Part shown: positions 29,152 through 39,613 of the stretch, piece by piece
How the letters are laid out: every line of letters begins with the position of its first letter
How positions within the stretch are numbered: position 1 is the first letter of the stretch
Origin: Patescibacteria group bacterium
GTDB taxonomy: Bacteria > Patescibacteriota > Minisyncoccia > Minisyncoccales > UBA5738
Direction: 5' to 3'
DNA length: 64,000 nt
Assembly (NCBI GenBank): GCA_034678605.1
Contig: JAXDBQ010000032.1
Span: 40,265 to 104,264, forward strand
The notes under the pieces: model-generated
The model's input: the letters and a program-made list of their open reading frames with translations, nothing else
Told to the model about the DNA's origin: nothing
Databases searched by the model: none
Position numbers and translations under genes: made by a program

Positions 29152-29257
29152 GCCAATCGCAACGATATTGCGGCGCACGGATATTCGCCTGCTGGCGAAT
29201 TCCTCGTGTTCGCGCCGGTCGCGCTCGCAGAGGCGCCGCAATATCGTTGCGATTGGC
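29152..29257. repeat. Perfect 25-bp inverted repeat
   Basis: GCCAATCGCAACGATATTGCGGCGC (29152-29176) and its reverse complement (29233-29257); partial third copy at ~29376-29399. Confidence 0.85.
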
Positions 29258-29483
29258 TTTTGGTTTTTTGCAAAGCACATAATTTTCTGCTGAAAATTTG
29301 CTTTCGCGCGGCCGTCGCCTGTGCGGCATTGCGCAAGCGAATCGCGAGAATTGGTGCGGTTGGAGTTTGGCGCAGAGGCGCCGCAACACTATTGCGATTA
29401 ACTTTTGATAGTTTGGGAAATGGACAAAAGGAGGATTATGGATTAATATGGTTTTGTCGCGGCTAAAATTAGCGTTGAGACGA

Positions 29484-29554
29484 CGGGGAGGAGTATGCCG
29501 GCAGTACGCACGATTCGGGTTCGTGCAGACAGGGTTCGATTCCCTGCTCCCCGA
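29484..29554 (+). tRNA. tRNA-Pro(CGG) with atypical G8 and D-arm
   Basis: CGGGGAG/CTCCCCG acceptor stem, A73, loop TT-CGG-GT, canonical T-arm. Confidence 0.85.
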
Positions 29555-29718
29555 ATGTTGCCGCCGAAGCCTTGCGCGCAGGTGGCCAAGTTTAAAAATG
29601 GACATTGCTGTCCATTTTTAATTATGATGCAGGGAATCGAGGGTTCCCTTAATAGGGAGTCATTCCCTGCTCCCCGACATCGGCCCGCCGTAGTTTTAAC
29701 GAAGGCGGCCATAATTTG

Positions 29719-30043
29719 AGAGCGTTGAATAATTGATTTTCTGAACTATTTTAAACTTGGCAAATTCGTAAAATCAATAAAATTCGACAATTATTCAACG
29801 CTCTAAATTTAATAAACATCAAGCCCTTGCGGGCTTTTTGTTTTGCCACGCCGGACAACTGCTAACTCCGCAAGACCCGCCTCTCTTGGCAAAAAAATTT
29901 AGATTGTTTAAAATGGGATAAAGCAATCTCGACCATCAATAATAATAAATAAAATTGAGAGCGTTGAATAATTGATTTCGCGAACTATTTTAAACTTGGC
30001 GAATTAATAAAAACAATAAAATTCGACAATTATTCAACGCTCT
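29719..30043. repeat. Two ~86-bp elements with 17-bp terminal inverted repeats
   Basis: AGAGCGTTGAATAATTG...CAATTATTCAACGCTCT at 29719-29804 and 29958-30043. Confidence 0.9.
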
Positions 30044-30050
30044 AAAAATT

Positions 30051-31091
30051 ATGCCGGGCAAACAAATAATTCAATCATTGAACAATAACAGCGACTATTC
30101 AATGACGCTTTATGAAACATGCGAGTATCTCGCGAAAAGCGCGCGCACGATCAGTCGCTATATTCACAAAAATGTTTTGCATCCGCGCGAATTCAGAAGC
30201 CGGCAGGGTTCTTTGGAATATCGTTTCAGCCGCATTGAAGTCGAAAGGTTGCGCGAAAGAGAAATGATTTTGCGGCCTTATGTTTATGAAGGTTCGCCGC
30301 CGGCCGCGCCGTCCTATGCGGCAAATTTCGCGGATTACAATGCCGCCGCGGCATCGCCGGCGCAGCCGCAAACGGCGCCCTATCTCGCTCCCGGAGTTCC
30401 GTTTATCGCGCCGCAAAATCAGGTCCAATTCAAAAATCCGCCCGCGGTTTGGCCGCCGAATTGCGATCCGGCCGTCGCGTCCTCGGCGCAAGGATACGAT
30501 CGGCAATCTTTTCAAGATATGTGTTCGAGGGAAGCCGAAAAACATGAACGCCGCGAATCAAAAATCAAAACCGATGATCCGGCCGTTGAAACCAAAAAAG
30601 AATTGCGATCCGTCCCAAAAGAAACCCGCGACACCGCCAACAAAGAGATTATTTCCCTGTTAAAAGAAACTACCGAAATGTTGCGCGGGCAATTAAAAGC
30701 CAAGGATGATCAAATCAAAAATCTCGACGACAAGATCGGCCAGTTGATCGAGCGCAATCGCGAAACCAATATTTTATTGAAAGGGTTGCAGGACAAAATA
30801 ATGCTTTTGGAAAAACCAAAAACTGAAAGCCATAAAGATTATCATTCCGAACCGGCGCGTGAAACGGAATTTTCAACGCCTGACTCCGGCGCTTCGATTG
30901 ACGAGCGGCAAAAAAACAAAAAGAATTCCGTGCCGATAACAGTTGAAAATGATTTGCCGGTTTCGGAAAACGACAAACAAGACACTATCCAGCCGTCGGC
31001 GCCGCCGATTGCCGATAAACCTGTTTTTTCAAAAGAGGCCAAAATCGAAAAGATCCAAAAAAAAGGATTGTTCGGCAAAATATTTGGCTGA
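30051..31091 (+). CDS. Excisionase/MerR-like HTH protein with coiled coil
   Basis: MTLYETCEYLAKSARTISRYI HTH; QLKAKDDQIKNL coiled coil; C-terminal KKGLFGKIFG. Confidence 0.75.
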   Translation: MPGKQIIQSLNNNSDYSMTLYETCEYLAKSARTISRYIHKNVLHPREFRSRQGSLEYRFSRIEVERLREREMILRPYVYEGSPPAAPSYAANFADYNAAAASPAQPQTAPYLAPGVPFIAPQNQVQFKNPPAVWPPNCDPAVASSAQGYDRQSFQDMCSREAEKHERRESKIKTDDPAVETKKELRSVPKETRDTANKEIISLLKETTEMLRGQLKAKDDQIKNLDDKIGQLIERNRETNILLKGLQDKIMLLEKPKTESHKDYHSEPARETEFSTPDSGASIDERQKNKKNSVPITVENDLPVSENDKQDTIQPSAPPIADKPVFSKEAKIEKIQKKGLFGKIFG

Positions 31092-31487
31092 TAAATTCCG
31101 CCCCTTATCGGGCGGTTTTTGTTGCGGCGGCGCGATTTTGGGATTAGAATAACAATAGCGGTTATTCCATCGCGTTGGAATAAGGCTATTTGTTATTCCA
31201 ATTTACTTTGAATTGCGAAATTAGCTCTCGACAGCCATTGGAAATTTTTCCGCTGAAAAATTTCTTGGTATTTCGCGCCGGTCGCGCGAAATGGCGCTCC
31301 GCGAAAATAGCCGTCTTCGATTAATTTCGTAATTCAAGGTAATTTTTTTGAATTACGAAACGCTTTGTATTTTGCATTTTGGGGTCTAACCCCGCGCTTA
31401 TTCTCAATGAATAGGCGCGGCGGTTAGACCCCGACAAAAGTATTTTAATTTATAGTTTCGTAATTCAAGGTAATCTAATAATACAAT

Positions 31488-32573
31488 ATGAAATCAACAG
31501 TTTTATCGCCGTTGCCGCCGGCAATTGATTATGAGCCGCTCATTCGGGTTATCGGGGAAGCGCACCGCGCCATCGGCGAACTCAACGGTTTGTTGCGCAA
31601 AAATATTTTGGCGCCGGAGTTGATGGCAATGCCGTTACTCACTAAAGAAGCGGTGTTGAGTTCGCGCATCGAAGGCACGCAAGCGACTTTGGAAGACGTG
31701 TTCCAATACGAAGCCTCGCCGGTGGTCGGGGAAAAACAAAATCAAGAAATCGCCGAGATCATTAACTATCGCCGAGCGATGAATTTTTCGGTTGAAGAAT
31801 TAAAAACCAAAACGATTGGCCAGTCGTTTTTAAAAAAGATTCATTACCTCCTTCTTGATTCGACTCGCGGATTTCAAAAAGATCGCGGCCAATTTCGAAC
31901 CGGCCGGGTTTATATCGGCATGCCCGGCGCGGCCATCGAAGACGCCAGCTATGTGCCGCCGTCTCCCGAAATGTTGCCGGAATTGTTGGCAAATTGGGAA
32001 AAATACATTAACTCCAACGCCGAAAAAGATCCGCTGGTGCAGATCGCCATCGCCCATTATCAGCTTGAAGCCATCCATCCGTTTCGCGACGGCAACGGCC
32101 GCGTGGGGCGATTGATGATCCCGTTGTTTTTGTATCAGCGCGAATTGCTGTCTTCGCCATTGTTGTATATCAGTGAATATTTCGAGAAAAACCGCCGCGA
32201 CTATTATGATTATTTGCGCGCGGTTACCGAACAAAACGATTGGAATTCGTGGTTGAAATTTTTCCTTTTGGCGCTGATCACCCAATCGCTCAAAACCCAG
32301 AATTCGATCATGAAAATTTTTGATCTCAATTGCCGGATGAAAAACAAAATCGCGGCCGCCAATTCCGCCCACGCGGCCGATCTGTTGGATTTGTTGTTTA
32401 TGTCGCCGATGATCACGTTCGTGAAAATAAAAGATAAATTAAAGACAAAAAACCCGCAAACGATCTATAACCTTTTGGACAAATTCATTAAGCTCGGCAT
32501 TCTCGCCGAAGAACCCGGCCGCCAGCGCAACCGCGTTTTCATCTTCAAAGAATTGCTCGATATTTTGAAATAA
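31488..32573 (+). CDS. Fic family protein
   Basis: SSRIEGT; HPFRDGNGRVGR. Confidence 0.95.
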   Translation: MKSTVLSPLPPAIDYEPLIRVIGEAHRAIGELNGLLRKNILAPELMAMPLLTKEAVLSSRIEGTQATLEDVFQYEASPVVGEKQNQEIAEIINYRRAMNFSVEELKTKTIGQSFLKKIHYLLLDSTRGFQKDRGQFRTGRVYIGMPGAAIEDASYVPPSPEMLPELLANWEKYINSNAEKDPLVQIAIAHYQLEAIHPFRDGNGRVGRLMIPLFLYQRELLSSPLLYISEYFEKNRRDYYDYLRAVTEQNDWNSWLKFFLLALITQSLKTQNSIMKIFDLNCRMKNKIAAANSAHAADLLDLLFMSPMITFVKIKDKLKTKNPQTIYNLLDKFIKLGILAEEPGRQRNRVFIFKELLDILK

Positions 32574-32737
32574 TTTAAATAAAGTTGACCGGAGGTAAAA
32601 TATTTTGACTTAATTGTCGGGTCTGGCGTTTGAGATGTATCAAAAAAACCGCGTCGCGGTTTTTTTGTTTGTTGTCTGTTTATCGAGACATCAAGCGGCG
32701 TTTAATTCGCCGAAACTCCGCTTCGGCGGAGTGAAGG

Positions 32738-32809
32738 CGGCCCCAGCGGGAATCGAACCCGCGTTTCCGCCTTGAAAGGGCAGCGTCCTGACCATTAGAC
32801 GATGGGGCC
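32738..32809 (-). tRNA. tRNA-Glu(TTC)
   Basis: Cloverleaf; loop CT-TTC-AA. Confidence 0.93.
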
Positions 32810-32909
32810 AAAAAAACGGCATAACGAGAGTATGTTAGCAGAAAGTTTGCCAAAAGTAAATCTTGGAGGTATGTTGAGATTGGATTATGTCTAATTTTAA
32901 TTATGATTT

Positions 32910-34451
32910 ATGGAAAATATCGATTATTTGAATTTGGCGCGGGCCGAGGATTTGGCGGGCGCCAAAAAAAGGGGATACCGGCTGCTGGAAGTTTTTCCGG
33001 GAATTTTGGCGTGGGCCACGTTGCTTTTTGGGTTTGTATTGTCGTGGCGCTGGCCGGTGGCGGTGGCGGTGTTTATCATCGCGTTTGATCTTTATTGGCT
33101 GTGCCGGGTTTTGTATTTGGCGGCGCATCAAATCGCCAGTTATAAAAAAATGAAAAAAGCGATCGTTGCCGATTGGCAAAAAAAACTGCGCGCGGATTTT
33201 GGCGACAGCTGGCGCGAAATTTATCATTTGGTGATTTTGCCGTTTGCCAGCGAGGGGCCGGAAGTGGTGAAAACCACGCTCGATTCGTTGATGGCCGTTG
33301 ACTATCCCAAGGACAAGATCATCGTGCTTTTGGCCGTGGAAGATATCGCTTCGGCGCGCGATTTGGCGCGGGAAATGGAAAGCGAATATAAAAATAAATT
33401 TTTCGCGATTTGGAGCGTGATTCATCCGCGAGGGGTTGCCGGCGAATTAAAAGGCAAGGGCGCCAATGTGAATTGGGCGATCGAGGAGTTGAAAACAAAA
33501 TTGTTGCCGGCATTGGGCGTCGCGGCCGAAAATATCGTGGCGTCGCTTTTTGATATCGACACCAAACCTCATCCGCGGTATTTCTCATGTTTGACCTGGC
33601 ATTATTTGAACGCGCCCGACCGGCTTTTGAAAAGTTATCAGCCCATTCCGGTTTATAACAATAACATTTGGGACGCGCCGTTGGTGAGCCGGATCATCGC
33701 CACCTCATCGACTTTTTGGGAGATGATGCAACAAGAACGGCCCGAACAATTGGTGACATTTTCAAGCCATTCCATGCCGTTAAAAACGCTTTTGGAAGTT
33801 GGTTATCCGCGCAACGTGGTGTCCGACGATTCGCGGATTTTTTGGCGGGCCTATTTTTATTATCGGGGAAATTATAAAGTCGTGCCCATGTATTATCCGG
33901 TGTCGATGGACGCGGTGATCGGTAAAAACGCTTTGCGCACCATGATCAACCAATACAAACAACAGCGGCGCTGGTCGTGGGGAGTGGAGAATTTGCCTTA
34001 TGTGTTTTTTAATTTGTTTTTCGGGCCGGCGCGAAAACAAATAAAGTTGGGCGAAAAAATGTTTCATGTTTTCACGATCATCGAGGGTTTTTGGTCGTGG
34101 GCCACCGGTTCGCTTTTGACCTTTGGTTTGGCATGGCTGCCTTTGTTGCTGGGAAGCGAAAAATTCAAATCCAGTTTGCTTTCCCACAACTTGCCCATGT
34201 TGGCGTCAACGATAATGACCTTGGCCATGGTGGGCATGGTGGTGTCGGCCATCATCAGCATGCTGCTGTTGCCGCCCCGGCCGGCAAACCACGGCAAATG
34301 GCGACACGCGTCAATGTTGTTGCAGTGGCTGTTTTTACCGATAACCTTGATCTTTTTCGGCTCCCTGCCGGCGCTGGAATCCCAAACCCGTTTGATCATC
34401 AACCGGCCCCTCGGCTTCTGGATCACCGAAAAAGGCAGCAAAAAGGGTTGA
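32910..34451 (+). CDS. Membrane GT2-family glycosyltransferase
   Basis: KGKGAN, DID, SDD, QQRRWSWG (QxxRW); flanking TMs. Confidence 0.9.
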   Translation: MENIDYLNLARAEDLAGAKKRGYRLLEVFPGILAWATLLFGFVLSWRWPVAVAVFIIAFDLYWLCRVLYLAAHQIASYKKMKKAIVADWQKKLRADFGDSWREIYHLVILPFASEGPEVVKTTLDSLMAVDYPKDKIIVLLAVEDIASARDLAREMESEYKNKFFAIWSVIHPRGVAGELKGKGANVNWAIEELKTKLLPALGVAAENIVASLFDIDTKPHPRYFSCLTWHYLNAPDRLLKSYQPIPVYNNNIWDAPLVSRIIATSSTFWEMMQQERPEQLVTFSSHSMPLKTLLEVGYPRNVVSDDSRIFWRAYFYYRGNYKVVPMYYPVSMDAVIGKNALRTMINQYKQQRRWSWGVENLPYVFFNLFFGPARKQIKLGEKMFHVFTIIEGFWSWATGSLLTFGLAWLPLLLGSEKFKSSLLSHNLPMLASTIMTLAMVGMVVSAIISMLLLPPRPANHGKWRHASMLLQWLFLPITLIFFGSLPALESQTRLIINRPLGFWITEKGSKKG

Positions 34452-34544
34452 TTTCAATATTAACCTGATAATTGTTAAACTCGACTTTAATGATTATGAG
34501 GTTAACATTAAAACGCAGTTATATTTTTTATCAATTTATTGTTG

Positions 34545-34653
34545 GAAAATATCAGTCAAAAGAGGCGTGGGTGGTGAATTTGTCGCTGGACGCCGAAATC
34601 AAGATCGGCCAAACCGCGGTGAAATTCCTGCCCTATTGGAAACTGCTGGTTTG
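34545..34653 (+). pseudogene. Possible C-terminal remnant of an AAA/DUF4143-type gene
   Basis: EAWVVNLSLDAEIKIGQTAVKFLPYWKLL resembles such C-termini (by eye); no N-terminal part. Confidence 0.3.
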
Positions 34654-34838
34654 AAATTTTTAATTTTGGTGATATGCCAAAATTCCCATTCTGTCGAATG
34701 GGAATTTTTAATTTGACAATTGGGTTGCGGGGGGGGGTATTATGGAGAAAAGTTAAAAGTCAAAAATCAAAATTCAAAAGTGAAGGTTAAAATTTATAAT
34801 TGCCAAAAAATCAAAATCATAAGATTTTTGGAAACAAT

Positions 34839-35126
34839 ATGGAAATACCTATGCCCGCCGATATTACAAATGAAAAAGAGAAAGTGGAGGCGGAGATTAA
34901 TTATTTGGAGCAAAGGGGTTTGTGCGTGCATGAAAAAACAATGGAAATGGAGGAAGATCTTAAAAAAATAACAAGCGCAATAATTGAAACCAATGATCCA
35001 GAAAAAAATCGTGAGAAATTTGATCGATTGATCGCGGAATTGGAGTCGTTGCATAAAGAGCAACACGAGATAAACGATTTGCTTTTGCAAAAAATCAAAG
35101 AAAAAAAGGAGCTTCTTTTTTCGTGA
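34839..35126 (+). CDS. Hypothetical helical protein
   Basis: 95-aa ORF rich in E/K. Confidence 0.6.
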   Translation: MEIPMPADITNEKEKVEAEINYLEQRGLCVHEKTMEMEEDLKKITSAIIETNDPEKNREKFDRLIAELESLHKEQHEINDLLLQKIKEKKELLFS

Positions 35127-35203
35127 TGTTAATTTTGGATTGTTGTTAAAAAATCCGCGGGAATTGATTTTCGCGGATTTTGTATTATTTTATTTTCTGG
35201 TTT

Positions 35204-37345
35204 CTATTCCAAGTGGGCGCGGTCGCGGAAACGGGCGACGCGGGCGCGTAGTTGGGGGTGGCGCGACAGGTCGGGGTCGGTTTGCAAAACGCCTTTGGCC
35301 GCGGCCCGGGATTTTTCCAGCAAAAACACATCGGCAAGCGAAGCCATGGCAAGATCGGGCGCGCCCCATTGTTGGGAGCCAAACACTTCGCCCGGGCCGC
35401 GGATTTCCAGATCTTTTTCGGCCAATTGAAAACCGCTGTCGAATTTGAGCATGGCGTTTAGCCGCCTTGTGGGATAATCGCAAAACAGCAGGCAATATGA
35501 CTGATGCTGGCCGCGGCCCACGCGGCCGCGGAATTGGTGCAGTTGCGCCAGGCCGAATTTGTGGCTGCCTTCGATAGCCATGATCGCGGCGTTGGGAATG
35601 TCGATACCCACTTCGATCACCGAGGTGGACACCAAAATATCAATTTGGCCGGCGTTCATTTTGGCCATGGTCGCTTGCTTTTCTTCGGTTTTCATTTTGC
35701 CGTGCAGCATGGCCACGCGCGTTTCCGGGAATATTTCTTTTGATAATTTTTCATATTCAACTTTCACCGCTTTTACGGCATCGGCGCCGGACCAGTCGGC
35801 CTTGGGGTCAAACAAAATGCCGTCGCGCTTGAATTCGGGTTTATCTTCTTCGGGATCGATGCGCGGGCAGATCACAAACGCTTGCCGGCCGGCGTTTATT
35901 TCCTGGCGAATAAATTCGTAGGCCTTGGCTCTTTCGCCGGGCAAGATGATTTGGGTTTTGATTTTGGCGCGGCCTTCGGGCATTTGGTCGATCAGCGAAA
36001 TATCCAGATCGCCATAAATCGTGAGCGCCAGGGTGCGGGGGATCGGCGTGGCGGTCATGGAAAGCAAATGCGGCGTGGCGGCGTTTGTTTTGCCGGTTTG
36101 ATGGTTGCGCGCCAGCGCGGCGCGTTGATCGATGCCAAAGCGGTGCTGTTCGTCCAAAACGATTAAATTCAAGTTTTTAAACGCTACGCCTTTTTGGATT
36201 AACGCGTTGGTGCCGACAATAATTTTTATTTCGCCGGTTTTTATCAGCTCGAGGAGCGTTTTTTTTGACGCCGCGCCATAACTTGAAGCCGCGCAATTTT
36301 TGGCACAGAGCAAACCGATCTCGATCCCGAACGGCGCCAGCATTTTGGAAAAACCGGCAAAGTGCTGGCGGGCGAGAATTTCGGTGGGAACCATGATCGC
36401 GGTTTGGCCGCCGTTTTTGGCGCACGCCAACGCGGCGATCATTGCCACCACGGTTTTTCCCGAGCCCACATCGCCTTGGAGCAGGCGGTTCATCGGCCGG
36501 GGTTTTTCCATATCTTTTAAAACCTGATAGGCGGTTTTGCGCTGGGCCTCGGTGAGTTTGAAGGGCAACGACCGCACGAATTCTTTTGTTAACTTTGCGT
36601 CAAACAAAATCGAAACGGCCATTTCTTTATTCAAGCGGATCCGTTCGCGCAGCACAGCCAATTGGATGAAGAACAATTCTTCAAACGCGAAACGTTTGCG
36701 GGCCGCCGCCGCCATCTCTTCGGAATCCGGGAAATGAATTTGCTTGATGGCTTCGCTCCATGGCATGAATTCATAGGCGGCCAGAATGTTGTTTGGCAAG
36801 GGGTCGGCAAAGCGGGAAAATCCGGCCAGCAGCGGCTTGATGATGTAGCGCAGCCAGCGGCTGGTGACGCCGGCGGTTTCCGGATAGACCGGCACCAGGC
36901 GGCCGGTGTGGGTGTAATTTTCTTCGGTTTCAAAGCGGTCGCGCACTTTTTCGTACATCGGGTTGGAAAGGTATTTGCCGCCTTTTTTGTCAACCAATTT
37001 GCCGGCTAAGCAAACGATTGTGCCTTTTTTGAGCTGGGCGGCTAAATATGGCTGGTTGAACCACAAAACCTTCACCGATCCGGTGGCGTCTTTTACCATC
37101 GCTTCAATGAGGGTCATATGCCGTTTCCAGATGCGGATGATTTTGATGCTGTCGATTTGGCCTTGAATGCAGGCGGTTTTGTCGACCTCCAAATCGGCGA
37201 TGTCGGCGCGCGCCGAAAAATCTTGATACCGGGTTGGGAAGTGGTACAAAAGATCGCGCATCGTTAAAATCCCCAGGTTTTTTAATCGGGATTTATAGGC
37301 CGGCGAAATCCGGGTGAATTTTTCAATGGGAGTTTCAAGATCCAC
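35204..37345 (-). CDS. recG: ATP-dependent DNA helicase RecG
   Basis: QGDVGSGKT, DEQHRFG, MTATPIPRTL, QLHQFRGRVGRG. Confidence 0.97.
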   Translation of the reverse strand: MDLETPIEKFTRISPAYKSRLKNLGILTMRDLLYHFPTRYQDFSARADIADLEVDKTACIQGQIDSIKIIRIWKRHMTLIEAMVKDATGSVKVLWFNQPYLAAQLKKGTIVCLAGKLVDKKGGKYLSNPMYEKVRDRFETEENYTHTGRLVPVYPETAGVTSRWLRYIIKPLLAGFSRFADPLPNNILAAYEFMPWSEAIKQIHFPDSEEMAAAARKRFAFEELFFIQLAVLRERIRLNKEMAVSILFDAKLTKEFVRSLPFKLTEAQRKTAYQVLKDMEKPRPMNRLLQGDVGSGKTVVAMIAALACAKNGGQTAIMVPTEILARQHFAGFSKMLAPFGIEIGLLCAKNCAASSYGAASKKTLLELIKTGEIKIIVGTNALIQKGVAFKNLNLIVLDEQHRFGIDQRAALARNHQTGKTNAATPHLLSMTATPIPRTLALTIYGDLDISLIDQMPEGRAKIKTQIILPGERAKAYEFIRQEINAGRQAFVICPRIDPEEDKPEFKRDGILFDPKADWSGADAVKAVKVEYEKLSKEIFPETRVAMLHGKMKTEEKQATMAKMNAGQIDILVSTSVIEVGIDIPNAAIMAIEGSHKFGLAQLHQFRGRVGRGQHQSYCLLFCDYPTRRLNAMLKFDSGFQLAEKDLEIRGPGEVFGSQQWGAPDLAMASLADVFLLEKSRAAAKGVLQTDPDLSRHPQLRARVARFRDRAHLE

Positions 37346-37351
37346 CGAAAT

Positions 37352-37500
37352 AAATCCGAATATCGAATATCGAAATCCGAAACAATATCAAATGACCTAA
37401 ATTAAAATGATCAAAACATGGTTCTTGGCTTGTTTTGTTTTTTTAGATTTTTGAGATTTTGAAATTGTTTCGATATTCGGATTTCGATATTTGGATTTTT
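37352..37500. repeat. ATCGAA-family element, empty copy
   Basis: AAATCCGAATATCG..CCGAAACAAT / ATTGTTTCGATATTCGGATTT. Confidence 0.8.
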
Positions 37501-37626
37501 TTGATATTTAATCTTATGCTATAATAAATAACATAAAAGAAGATTAACTTAAATAATCGATAAAGTCGCGAGCGTTAAAGGCATTTTTATTTTGCGCTTT
37601 ACGCTTTGCGCTTTACGTTTAATTTT

Positions 37627-38478
37627 ATGGCTAATTATCAATCTCAGGAAATCAACGCGGTTTCGGCGCTTTTGTCGCTGATTATCGGCGCGATCGCGTT
37701 GGGGTTTCCGGCCTATGGGATTTGGGGGTGGTTTGGGATCTTTTTGGTGGTGGCGGGATTCGCGTTGATGCTGGTGATCATCGGGTTGCGGGTGATTGAT
37801 CAATATGAGCGGGGAATTGTTTTGACTTTGGGGCAATATTCGGGCACGCGCGGCCCGGGCCTCACCTGGATATTCGTGGGCATTCAACGGATGATCAAAG
37901 TTGATATGCGCATTACCACCGTGGACATTCCGTCGCAGGAAGTGATCACCAAAGATAATGTGCCGGTGGGGATCAACGCGGTGGTTTATTTTCAGGTGGA
38001 GTCGGCCGAGAAATCGATCTTGAATATTAAGGATTACACGTTGGCGGTGGCGCAATACGCGCAAGCGGCGTTGCGCGACGTGATTGGCGGCATCGAGCTT
38101 GATCCGTTGTTGAGCGAGCGGGAAAAAATTTCCGACGCCATCAAACAAATCGTGGATCAGGCCACGACCGGTTGGGGAATAAATGTTACCGATATCAAGA
38201 TTCAAGATATCGAACTGCCCGCGGATATGAAGCGGGTGATGGCCAAACAGGCCGAATCCGAACGCGAGCGCCGGGCAATCATTATCCGCGCCGAAGGCGA
38301 ATTTCAGGCCTCGGCCAAATTGGCCGAAGCCGCCAAGATGCTCACCGAAACCCCGGGGGGATTGTCGATGCGCACTCTGCAAACCATCGAAAAGATTAAT
38401 CCCGATCCGTCAAAGACCGTGATCTTTGCCTTGCCGGTGGAGATCATGGAGGGTTTCAAAAAACTTGCGGGCAAATAA
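37627..38478 (+). CDS. Stomatin/slipin SPFH protein
   Basis: QYERG, QEVITKDNV, MAKQAESERERRA. Confidence 0.93.
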   Translation: MANYQSQEINAVSALLSLIIGAIALGFPAYGIWGWFGIFLVVAGFALMLVIIGLRVIDQYERGIVLTLGQYSGTRGPGLTWIFVGIQRMIKVDMRITTVDIPSQEVITKDNVPVGINAVVYFQVESAEKSILNIKDYTLAVAQYAQAALRDVIGGIELDPLLSEREKISDAIKQIVDQATTGWGINVTDIKIQDIELPADMKRVMAKQAESERERRAIIIRAEGEFQASAKLAEAAKMLTETPGGLSMRTLQTIEKINPDPSKTVIFALPVEIMEGFKKLAGK

Positions 38479-38607
38479 TTTTGGTTTTAAGTATCTAAAC
38501 ATTTAAACACGGGGCGGGCGCGAGGGCTCGCCCTTTTCGCGATTGTTGAAATTTAAGAATTCGGGTTATAATCGTAGTGGACAAGCCGGGGAATAATTCG
38601 GGAAAAT

Positions 38608-39537
38608 ATGTTGAAAAACAAAATTTTTTTGGTGATCGACGGCAATTCGGTGGCGCATCGGGCGTTTCATGCCATGCCCGCCCTCACCAACAAAAAAGGT
38701 CAGGCGGTGGGCGCGGTCCATGGTTTTATGTTGGCGTTATTGCGCGCGGTTGAAGATTTTCGACCCGATTTTTTGGCGGTGTGCTTTGACACCAAAGGCG
38801 GCACTTTTCGCAACGCGGAATTCAAAGATTACAAGGCCCAGCGGCCGGCCACGCCGCCGGATCTCATCTCGCAACTGGCGCTTTTAAAAGATATTTTGCC
38901 AAAAATGGGCGGCGCGGTGTTTGCCCAAGAAGGGTTTGAGGCTGATGATTTGATCGCGGCGGTGATCGCGGCGGCCAAAAAAGAATCGCCGGCGGTTGAT
39001 TTTTTTATTTTAACCGGCGATTACGACAGTTTGCAATTGGTTGACGGCGGCGTCAAAGCTTTTATTGTCAATCGTGGCATAAAAAACGCCGTGCTTTTCG
39101 ACGCGGCCGCGGTGAAAGAAAAATTCGGCGTAGCGCCCCAAAACATCCCGGCGTTGAAAGCGTTGGCCGGCGACAGCTCCGACAATATTCCGGGCGCGGT
39201 TGGTATCGGCCCCAAGGTCGCGGCGGAAGTTTTGGAAAAATACGGCAATTTGGAAAACGCGCTGGCGGCCGCGACTCGCGCGGATGATTATTGTTTCGGC
39301 GCCGGGGACCGCGGTAAAAAGATCAAGCGAATCCTTTTGGAAAACAAGGAGCAGGTCTTGAAATTTCAAAGATTGACCGCGATGCGGACCGACGCGCCGG
39401 TGGGGGAAGTTTTGGATAAATGTTCTTTTTCGGGGTTTGCCGGCGCGGCGGCGCAAGCGCTTTTGGACATCGGTTTGGCCGGCATTGCCAAACGATTGCC
39501 TCGCGAAGGCGCCGGCCGGCCGCAAACTTTGTTCTGA
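38608..39537 (+). CDS. Stand-alone 5'-3' exonuclease (PolA N-terminal domain)
   Basis: IDGNS..HRAFHA, YKAQR, FEADD, GDSSDNIPGAVGIGPK; no polymerase domain. Confidence 0.92.
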   Translation: MLKNKIFLVIDGNSVAHRAFHAMPALTNKKGQAVGAVHGFMLALLRAVEDFRPDFLAVCFDTKGGTFRNAEFKDYKAQRPATPPDLISQLALLKDILPKMGGAVFAQEGFEADDLIAAVIAAAKKESPAVDFFILTGDYDSLQLVDGGVKAFIVNRGIKNAVLFDAAAVKEKFGVAPQNIPALKALAGDSSDNIPGAVGIGPKVAAEVLEKYGNLENALAAATRADDYCFGAGDRGKKIKRILLENKEQVLKFQRLTAMRTDAPVGEVLDKCSFSGFAGAAAQALLDIGLAGIAKRLPREGAGRPQTLF

Positions 39538-39613
39538 TGTTTTCACGAAAGTTGTGTTATCATAAAAAATGAGGGGTGTTGTTAATTAGCCGATTGTTTA
39601 ATATTCTCAATCT

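Noticed and set aside
29484-29554. tmRNA 5' end, suggested by the GGGG start
   Set aside because: It folds as a complete tRNA-Pro with a CGG anticodon, and no tag reading frame or matching tmRNA 3' end is present.
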